From Candidatus Thermofontivivens primus (lineage in GTDB: Bacteria > Sysuimicrobiota > Sysuimicrobiia > Sysuimicrobiales > Thermofontiviventaceae), in contig JAVKJW010000041.1 of the NCBI GenBank assembly GCA_031458695.1, positions 1-17,522 on the forward strand: DNA of 17,522 nt, read 5' to 3'. Made by a program: the position numbers and the translations under genes. The notes under the pieces are model-generated. The model ran no database searches, was not told the DNA's origin, and saw only the letters and a list, made by a program, of their open reading frames with translations. This document shows, in pieces, positions 1 through 6,185 of this stretch (positions within the stretch are counted from its first letter, which is position 1; the number at the start of each line of letters is the position of its first letter).

Positions 1-207
1 TCCATCCCCGCGGGGAACTTTAACCAGGCCCTCAAGGAAGTCAGTGCCATTGAAGTGATCGAAGCTGGGAGCAATCAAACCCTCCGATTCCTGATTGCGA
101 GCTGGTGGGTGCCAGGCTTCGGTTCCGTACGCTCCGTGCAGGAAAATCCCCAGACAAAGGAACGGTGGGTCAATGAACTCCTCTCAGCCACGACCCAGGC
201 ACCCTAA
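1..207 (+). CDS. 3' end of a hypothetical protein (partial, runs in from outside the window)
   Basis: Frame 1 is open from base 1 to TAA at 205-207: SIPAGNFNQALKEVSAIEVIEAGSNQTLRFLIASWWVPGFGSVRSVQENPQTKERWVNELLSATTQAP. The pattern 'xIPAGxF...WWxPGxGxVR' resembles the 'TVPAGTF...WYAPGVGLVK' motif of secreted beta-rich hypothetical proteins. Confidence 0.65.
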   Translation, partial: SIPAGNFNQALKEVSAIEVIEAGSNQTLRFLIASWWVPGFGSVRSVQENPQTKERWVNELLSATTQAP

Positions 208-239
208 TGGGTTTGGAAGATTATGGAGGCAGGAGCAGG

Positions 240-315
240 TGGTGGGCCGTGAGGGACTCGAACCCCCGACGCCCGGGTTAAAAGCCCGGCGCTCTGCCCG
301 CTGAGCTAACGGCCC
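240..315 (-). tRNA. tRNA-Lys (anticodon TTT), CCA encoded
   Basis: Reverse complement is GGGCCGTTAGCTCAGCGGGCAGAGCGCCGGGCTTTTAACCCGGGCGTCGGGGGTTCGAGTCCCTCACGGCCCACCA (76 nt). Acceptor stem GGGCCGT/ACGGCCC, anticodon arm CCGGG-CTTTTAA-CCCGG, T-loop TTCGAGT. Confidence 0.98.
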
Positions 316-322
316 ACTGTGG

Positions 323-351
323 ATTTTACCAGGGCCTCCCTCGGGTGTAAA
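323..351 (-). promoter_or_regulatory. sigma70-type promoter of tRNA-Lys
   Basis: Minus strand TTTACA (351-346), 17 bp, TAAAAT (328-323), with an extended-10 TG. Confidence 0.7.
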
Positions 352-494
352 GGAGAAGGAGGCCTGGCCGCAGGGATCGCTTCCCTCCCAATCGAACTCC
401 TCCAGGGATCAGTCGGAGGAATTCTCCTAGGGCTCTGAGAGAATCCGTTGCAGGGTTCAGGTGGGGCGAGTCGAACGTGCAAGGAGGGGGAACT

Positions 495-1280
495 ATGCTG
501 CTCAAAGGGAAGAAAGCCCTCATCATGGGAGTGGCGAACAAGCGTTCCATTGCGTGGGGGATCGCCACCTGCTTCCACCGGGAAGGCGCGGAGCTGGCCT
601 TTACCTACCAGAACGAGCGACTCAGGGAAAACGTGGCAGAGCTCGTCGCCGAGCTGCCAGGCGGGGAGAACATCCCGCTGCTGCCGTGCGATGTCACCTC
701 CGACGATCAGATCACTGAGGTCTTCCATGAACTGGCCGAGCGCTGGGGAGAGCTCCATGTCCTCGTCCACTCCCTGGCGTATGCCGAAAAAGAGGACCTC
801 AACAGGGCGTTCGTAGACATCTCCCGCAGGGGTTTCGGTATCGCCCTCGAGATCAGCGCCTACTCCCTGATCCCCGTCGCCAGGAGGGCGAAACCCCTCA
901 TGGAGAAGGCTGGAGGGGGAAGCATCATGACCCTTACCTATAACGCCGTGGAGCGGGTCGTCCCCAGCTACAACGTGATGGCCGTCGCCAAAGCCGCCCT
1001 GGAGTGTGAGGTACGCTATCTCGCCGCAGAGCTGGGTCCCTCGAACATCCGAGTCAACGCTATCTCTGCCGGTCCCCTCAAAACCCTAGCTGCTAGCGCA
1101 GTGCGGGGCTTGTCGCGCTTCCGGGACATCGTCGAAGAGAAAGCTCCTCTTCGCCGGAACATCACCCAGGAGGAAGTCGGGGATGTGGCGGTGTTCCTGG
1201 CGAGCGATCTCTCCCGCGCAGTCACAGGGAACACAATCTTCGTGGATAGCGGCTTCCACATCATGGGGCTTGTGGACTAA
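495..1280 (+). CDS. fabI: enoyl-ACP reductase (NADH), FabI
   Basis: LKGKKALIMGVANKRSIAWGIA N-terminus, catalytic Y-X6-K (YNVMAVAK), IRVNAISAGPLKTLAA and VDSGFHI. AAGGAGG RBS at 481-487 precedes ATG 495. Confidence 0.96.
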   Translation: MLLKGKKALIMGVANKRSIAWGIATCFHREGAELAFTYQNERLRENVAELVAELPGGENIPLLPCDVTSDDQITEVFHELAERWGELHVLVHSLAYAEKEDLNRAFVDISRRGFGIALEISAYSLIPVARRAKPLMEKAGGGSIMTLTYNAVERVVPSYNVMAVAKAALECEVRYLAAELGPSNIRVNAISAGPLKTLAASAVRGLSRFRDIVEEKAPLRRNITQEEVGDVAVFLASDLSRAVTGNTIFVDSGFHIMGLVD

Positions 1281-1385
1281 GCAACCCCCGGTATTTTAAG
1301 AAGGGACCCCTGGCAAGAATCCACAGGCTTTTGCCGAGGTACTGAAGGGGTAAGAAACCTTTGGGCTTTGGCTTTGCTTAGGGTC

Positions 1386-1952
1386 CTAGAGAAGAGTTAC
1401 TTCTACGGCTTCCTCCCCCAGGATGATAGAGGCTCCTCCGTGGATCCCGTCACCCATAGTACAGTTGACCACCGTGGTCTCTCCGAGCTTGGCGACGCCG
1501 GGAGATTCATGGACGTGGCCACAAACCATCACCCGGGGGCGAAGCCTCTCCACGGCATGGGCGACCTTGGAAGAGCCAATGTGCCGGCCAGTTGGGATCG
1601 TGTCCAGGACTCCATAAGGGGGCTCGTGGGCCACGAGGACATCGCACCTCTCTATCGGTGCGTCGGGTCCGCAGAAGAGAACCCCCTGAACCTGGACAAC
1701 ATCCGTGAGGATGTCCTTCGCCTTGCTTTCGGCAATGGCCTTTGCGACGAACGGCGGGTCCATGTTCCCCGGAATGGCTAGGACGGCGCAGGTGAACTCG
1801 TTGAGCAGATCAAGCACATCCCTCCCCCGCCCGGCGTGGGTGAGGTCGCCAGCAAGAATAACCACATCAGGGGACAACTGCCGGACAAGCTCCCTCACCC
1901 TCTGGACCCGTTCAGGGAACCCGTGGATGTCTGCGCAGGCATAGATCTTCAT
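1386..1952 (-). CDS. calcineurin-like metallophosphoesterase (Icc-related)
   Basis: Metal-binding motifs DIHG, AGDL, PGNMD, AHEPP and CGHVHE in canonical order. Starts 3 bp after the citrate synthase stop, so likely co-transcribed. Confidence 0.9.
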   Translation of the reverse strand: MKIYACADIHGFPERVQRVRELVRQLSPDVVILAGDLTHAGRGRDVLDLLNEFTCAVLAIPGNMDPPFVAKAIAESKAKDILTDVVQVQGVLFCGPDAPIERCDVLVAHEPPYGVLDTIPTGRHIGSSKVAHAVERLRPRVMVCGHVHESPGVAKLGETTVVNCTMGDGIHGGASIILGEEAVEVTLL

Positions 1953-1955
1953 ACC

Positions 1956-3092
1956 CTAGCGCTGTTCCAGGGGAATGAACTCCCTCCGTGTTGGACCAAC
2001 ATACTCTGAGAGTGGTCGGATCAAGCGGTTATCCGCGTACTGTTCCAGGATGTGTGCCGTCCATCCGGAGATCCTGCTGATGGCAAAGATCGGAGTGAAC
2101 AGGTCCATGGGGATCCCCATATAGAAGTAGGTGGAAGCGGAGTAGAGATCCACATTGGGATAGAGGCCTTTCTCCCGGAAAGCGATCTCTTCCACCTTCC
2201 GCGTGATCTCCCACCACTTCAGCTCGCCGGCCTGCTCCCCAAGATCCCTAGACAGGCGGCGCAGGAATTTGGCGCGCGGATCTTCGGTCCGGTATACACG
2301 GTGGCCGAACCCAGGAATCCTACGCTTTTGGGCAAGCATCCCCATGACGTACGCCTCAGTCCTCTCCGGAGTAGCGATCTCCAGGAGCATCTTCATTACC
2401 TGCTCGTTGGCACCCCCGTGGAGGGGGCCCTTTAGTGTACCAATCGCAGAGGTGACCGCGGAATGCATGTCCGAAAGGGTTGAAGCCGTGACCCTCCCGG
2501 AGAATGTAGAGGCATTCAGCTCATGGTCGGCGTGGAGAATCAGGGCCACGTCGAAGGCTCGGGCACTGAGAGGATCGGACTCTTTCCCCTTGAGCATGTA
2601 GAGGAAGTTGGCCGCGTGTGCCAATTCCTCCTTGGGCGGGATAGGTTCCTCCCCGCGGCGGATCCTGTCGAAAGCAGCAATAATAGCAGGGATCTGGGCG
2701 GTCAGACGGATTGCCTTATTGAGATTTGCCTCTGCGGAATTCTCAGAAGCCTGCGGGTCGATCACCCCCAGCGCCGAGACAGCCGTTCGCAGGATATCCA
2801 TGGGAGCAGCTTCCTTCGGGAAAAGGCGCAGCAACGTGAGAATTTCCTCCGGCAGGGCTCGGGAGGCGTTGAGCTGCTCTCGGAGAGCTTGTAGCTGGCT
2901 ACCCGTCGGGAGCTCACCATACCACAAGAGGTAGCAAACTTCCTCAAATGTAGCCTTCTCGGCAAGGTCAGCAATGTCGTATCCCCTGTAGAGCAGCCTC
3001 CCTTCCTTCCCATCGATGAAACAGATGGTGGAAGTTGCCGCCACAACGCCTTCAAGACCTGCAAGCACTTGGGATCGTGGTTCCTGCGTCAT
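1956..3092 (-). CDS. gltA: citrate synthase (CitZ/methylcitrate synthase-like short type)
   Basis: GLEGVVA...IDGKEGRLLYRGY, HADHELNASTF, LKGPLHGGANE, PGFGHRVYRTEDPRA and PNVD. Start placed at ATG 3092 (MTQEPRSQ). Citrate versus 2-methylcitrate specificity cannot be resolved by eye. Confidence 0.93.
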   Translation of the reverse strand: MTQEPRSQVLAGLEGVVAATSTICFIDGKEGRLLYRGYDIADLAEKATFEEVCYLLWYGELPTGSQLQALREQLNASRALPEEILTLLRLFPKEAAPMDILRTAVSALGVIDPQASENSAEANLNKAIRLTAQIPAIIAAFDRIRRGEEPIPPKEELAHAANFLYMLKGKESDPLSARAFDVALILHADHELNASTFSGRVTASTLSDMHSAVTSAIGTLKGPLHGGANEQVMKMLLEIATPERTEAYVMGMLAQKRRIPGFGHRVYRTEDPRAKFLRRLSRDLGEQAGELKWWEITRKVEEIAFREKGLYPNVDLYSASTYFYMGIPMDLFTPIFAISRISGWTAHILEQYADNRLIRPLSEYVGPTRREFIPLEQR

Positions 3093-3119
3093 AGACGCCC
3101 CCCTGATTGGTCTATTGAT

Positions 3120-3148
3120 AAGGTAGGGGAAATCCCTTGGACTGTCAA
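3120..3148 (-). promoter_or_regulatory. sigma70-type promoter of citrate synthase
   Basis: Minus strand TTGACA (3148-3143), 17 bp, TACCTT (3125-3120), ending 27 bp upstream of the ATG. Confidence 0.65.
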
Positions 3149-3169
3149 CGTGAAAGCGCGTTCCTCGTA

Positions 3170-4039
3170 TCAGGGGGAATTCTTCTCCCCCGCACCTTCG
3201 CGCCCGCCTTGGAACTCCGGAAAAGCTCGTCGGAACTGGACGCGGATCCAACCCTTGAGATCGAGATCCGCTTCCTCCCAGAGACGGCGAAGGTAACTGA
3301 TCATAGCGAGGAGCTCGGGGTCCATGCCCACCTCTGCAAAATACTCGCCTTCCTCCTCCAAGACATGCGGGGGAGGGGGGAATTTCAACGTCTTGAGACT
3401 GCGGTGGCGGGATCTATAGTCCTCATAAAGTTGCAGGCCCCGTGCGTAGGAAGGTTGGAATTCGGAGAGGAGTTGAGGGATGACCTGAGGGTCCACTCGT
3501 CTGGCCATCAACCGCTCGAAGGCAGCGCGTGATGGCTGTACGGATCCCACCGGGAGGCCCAAGGAAACGCACCAAGCCAGGACTTCTCCAAAAGCCTCCA
3601 TCTCGAGGGTAAACCCGTCTCGTACAATGAGATATCGCCGAAGAGGGCGTGCGAACAGGAATCCGCAAGTCCCTGGACCCTCCAAGATGTAGGCACGCAA
3701 AGGGCGTTCCGTCGAGAGGAACAGTCGGGCCGCAAGATGGCAACTCTCCAGATCGCCTCTCCGCCCAACACCGAACACAGGAAGGGGCAGAAGGGCCGGC
3801 CCAGCCTTTTCCCCTCGCAGCACCCAGTCAGCGCTCACAGAGTAAACCTCACAGAGACGGGCGAGGTTAGCTGCCGAGGGCCGGTTGCGGTCGTTTTCCA
3901 AGCTGCTTAAGTTCCCTCTCGAGATCCCCGTCAGCCCAGCTACCTCAGGAATGGTGTACCCATGGATCATCCTTGCCAACCTGAGGCGCTCCCCAATGGT
4001 TTTTGTCTCAATCTGAAATCGCAACTCTAACCTTGACAT
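3170..4039 (-). CDS. XRE-family (HTH_3) repressor-like protein with a long uncharacterised C-terminal region
   Basis: TIGERLRLARMIHGYTIPEVAGLTGISRGNLSSLENDRNRPSAANLARLCEVYSVSADWVLRG is a typical XRE HTH. Start placed at ATG 4039 because the longer ORF overlaps the divergent gene. Confidence 0.88.
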   Translation of the reverse strand: MSRLELRFQIETKTIGERLRLARMIHGYTIPEVAGLTGISRGNLSSLENDRNRPSAANLARLCEVYSVSADWVLRGEKAGPALLPLPVFGVGRRGDLESCHLAARLFLSTERPLRAYILEGPGTCGFLFARPLRRYLIVRDGFTLEMEAFGEVLAWCVSLGLPVGSVQPSRAAFERLMARRVDPQVIPQLLSEFQPSYARGLQLYEDYRSRHRSLKTLKFPPPPHVLEEEGEYFAEVGMDPELLAMISYLRRLWEEADLDLKGWIRVQFRRAFPEFQGGREGAGEKNSP

Positions 4040-4060
4040 GGTTTTGATTTTAGATATACT
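4033..4060 (+). promoter_or_regulatory. rightward sigma70 promoter for the Ner/Cro-like gene, overlapping the repressor start and a leftward -10 element
   Basis: Plus strand TTGACA (4033-4038), 16 bp, TATACT (4055-4060). Minus strand TAAAAT (4052-4047) lies 7 nt before the repressor ATG. Confidence 0.6.
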
Positions 4061-4099
4061 AGGAGAAAAAGATTGGTGTTGCGCGCATTCTCGACACGC

Positions 4100-4294
4100 A
4101 TGCGCCCAGAAGAGATCAAAGCGCGTCTCATTCTCAAAGGGATCACCCAAGCGGAAATTGCGCGCCGTTTAAAAGTTAGCCGAGGTGCCATCTCCCAGGT
4201 GATCAGCGGACGGGAGAGAAACCAGAGGATCCGTAAGGCCATTGCTCGCGCCCTGGGCCTGAAAGTTTCGGATATATGGCCTGAGGATCGGTAG
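4100..4294 (+). CDS. small Ner/Nlp (Cro-like) HTH transcriptional regulator
   Basis: MRPEEIKARLILKGITQAEIARRLKVSRGAISQVISG...IRKAIARALGLKVSDIWP matches the Mu Ner/SfsB pattern (IKAxL...AIAxALG...IWP). It is divergent from the XRE repressor. Alternative start is TTG 4073, after AGGAG at 4061-4065. Confidence 0.85.
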   Translation: MRPEEIKARLILKGITQAEIARRLKVSRGAISQVISGRERNQRIRKAIARALGLKVSDIWPEDR

Positions 4295-4383
4295 GGATCT
4301 GATTTCCGTACCCGCATGGCTCAACATGTTAAGTTTATGGTACCATACCCCGGGCACATCCGTAAACAAGAAAGGAGCGAAAG

Positions 4384-4611
4384 ATGGGCTACGTCATCTG
4401 CGGCCGTTGTAACCGGATCTCGTACACGGCGAGTTCCACTGGAACCGTCCGATGTGCCTATTGTGGAGAGCCAATGGAACTGAGCCTTTGGGACGCGGGA
4501 AACTTCCCCCAGGAGCAAATTGCCACAAAGAACGGCGACTCCAAATGGAAGGAGAGGTTATTTCGAAAGAGGGGGAACCCTTACCCGTGGCCTTTTGATC
4601 CGAGGGACTGA
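4384..4611 (+). CDS. small zinc-ribbon protein (CxxC-x14-CxxC), hypothetical
   Basis: Strong RBS AAAGGAG at 4371-4377, 6 nt before ATG. CGRC...CAYC pair. Fills the gap to the convergent glycoside hydrolase gene. Confidence 0.7.
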   Translation: MGYVICGRCNRISYTASSTGTVRCAYCGEPMELSLWDAGNFPQEQIATKNGDSKWKERLFRKRGNPYPWPFDPRD

Positions 4612-4616
4612 GTACC

Positions 4617-6173
4617 CTAACGCCCCAGGAGGGACCACCAGTCATAGAGGTTAAGGTACACAAGGTCAAAAACCATGAGCCCACGCGTCCTGCGGAAAGC
4701 CGTCTGAAGTGCAGCGCGGGCCCGTACCGGGTCGTCCCTGTAGATGTCCAAGAAGACACCTCCGAGAACCGGCGTCCCATCGACCACTTCTCTCGCCAGG
4801 AGGGCCCCGCCAGATACTGAACGCCAGAGGGGGACTCTCCTCAGGAACGCTTCCCCCACGGTTACTTCGCGGTAGTAGAGGCCTACGAGCAGGTAATCCA
4901 GAAGATCTGCGATGGCACCGTTCTGCCAACCCGGGCTTGCCCATGGAAAAGGCGGGAGATAAGCAGGGCTCGCCCAGTTGACACCCTCGTTCCAATAGTG
5001 AGGGTACCACGCTCCTACGTATGCGGCCACGCTGACACCGGGCCGCACGTGGTGAACAATGCTTACCGCTGCCTCCACGAACCTCCGAATCACAATCGCC
5101 CGCCATGCCAACCATTCCCTGTACAGCGGCCCCGGTCTCCGGACGATCCAGAGCTCCGTCGGCTCGTAGCGGAAGATATCTTCAGGCCAGTTCCTCACCT
5201 TGCGTCCTAGATAGTCCTCAAAGCTTCTCCTGCTGATCTCGGAGAAGTCGGCCGTAATATCTGGGAAGCGAATCCTATCCAGGATGATGCCGTCCACAGG
5301 GTACCGTGTGACGACCTCTGTGATCAACGCGAGCATGCGCAGCCGGACAAGGGGGTGGACAGGATTGGCGAAGGCGATGAGGCCGTACCGCGTGGAGGGA
5401 ATGAATTTATGTTCCACAGGTCCCAACCGGACGACGGACCATGGGCGAAAGTGTTCCTGGAGCCACTTCCCGGCGTCTCCATGGCCCACGAGGGTGAACC
5501 CACCCACCGGCCCGGAGATGGGACCAGTTCCTTGCTTCACCTCAGAAACCCGCCATCCTTTGACGGTCATGATGGTGTACACCCCGCCCTGAACAACTGA
5601 CCCACTAGGTGTCAGCAGGGTGAGTTCGTTTCGCCCAGGGGACCGGTCGACCCCGGCCAGGGGAAAGGAACTGCCATCAGGAGCGAGGACGGATCTCGTA
5701 GCTAGATAGTGCACAGCTTGCAACTCTGGGCGGTCGTACAGGAGTCCAACCTGTGCGCTCGTGAGGGCCTCTCCGAAGGCATTGATGGCCGCATGGACCT
5801 TCATTCCCCTGGCATGAGCTTCCCGGGTCACCACGGCCAGAAGATCATAGTCTTGGGGAAACCACTCCCGAGGTGGTGGGTACTCTGGGGGCCATGGCCT
5901 CGGGACAGGAGAGGTGCCGATGAAGGGAGCAATCTGACTCGGGTAGGTGACATACCCCCAGGCATTCTTCGCCTCCGGCACCACAGTGTCGAAGCCGTTT
6001 TCCCTCGCCCGGTCTAGGACCGCTCGCACCCCCTCCTGGGTGCTTAGGAGTCGTAGGTTCGCACCTGCCTCCATCCAGAGGACCCTGCGGGGGATACGCT
6101 GATTGCCTGCCAAAACTCCCTTTGGGAGGGCAAGAAGGAGGAGCAAGACGATACAAAGGACCAGTCTCCTCAC
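4617..6173 (-). CDS. secreted glycoside hydrolase, GHL10/DUF187 (YddW/DigH, YngK-like) family
   Basis: Signal peptide MRRLVLCIVLLLLLALPKGVLA. Family motifs YDLLAVVTREAHARGMKVHA, ANPVHPLVR, EVVTRYPVDGIILDRIRF and WLAWRAIVIRRFV. Confidence 0.82.
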   Translation of the reverse strand: MRRLVLCIVLLLLLALPKGVLAGNQRIPRRVLWMEAGANLRLLSTQEGVRAVLDRARENGFDTVVPEAKNAWGYVTYPSQIAPFIGTSPVPRPWPPEYPPPREWFPQDYDLLAVVTREAHARGMKVHAAINAFGEALTSAQVGLLYDRPELQAVHYLATRSVLAPDGSSFPLAGVDRSPGRNELTLLTPSGSVVQGGVYTIMTVKGWRVSEVKQGTGPISGPVGGFTLVGHGDAGKWLQEHFRPWSVVRLGPVEHKFIPSTRYGLIAFANPVHPLVRLRMLALITEVVTRYPVDGIILDRIRFPDITADFSEISRRSFEDYLGRKVRNWPEDIFRYEPTELWIVRRPGPLYREWLAWRAIVIRRFVEAAVSIVHHVRPGVSVAAYVGAWYPHYWNEGVNWASPAYLPPFPWASPGWQNGAIADLLDYLLVGLYYREVTVGEAFLRRVPLWRSVSGGALLAREVVDGTPVLGGVFLDIYRDDPVRARAALQTAFRRTRGLMVFDLVYLNLYDWWSLLGR

Positions 6174-6185
6174 AGCTAGGTCCGA

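Noticed and set aside
1..239. Integrated element at the tRNA-Lys 3' end
   Set aside because: No integrase or duplicated tRNA 3' fragment is visible in the window. The adjacent ORF tail does not look like a recombinase.
95..304. 69-aa ORF on the + strand
   Set aside because: It is antisense to the tRNA and overlaps the frame-1 gene. The 'VGREGLEPPTPGL' peptide is the typical tRNA shadow translation.
3093..3251. N-terminal extension of citrate synthase to 431 aa
   Set aside because: It overlaps the repressor gene and the gltA promoter. Homology begins after Met at 3092.
4083..4105. Hairpin GCGCAT/ATGCGC occluding the ner-like start codon (possible Com-type target)
   Set aside because: Only a 6-bp stem in GC-rich DNA, expected by chance, and the true start codon is uncertain.
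4040..4150. N-terminal extension of the XRE ORF to 326 aa
   Set aside because: It overlaps the divergent Ner-like gene and the promoter region.
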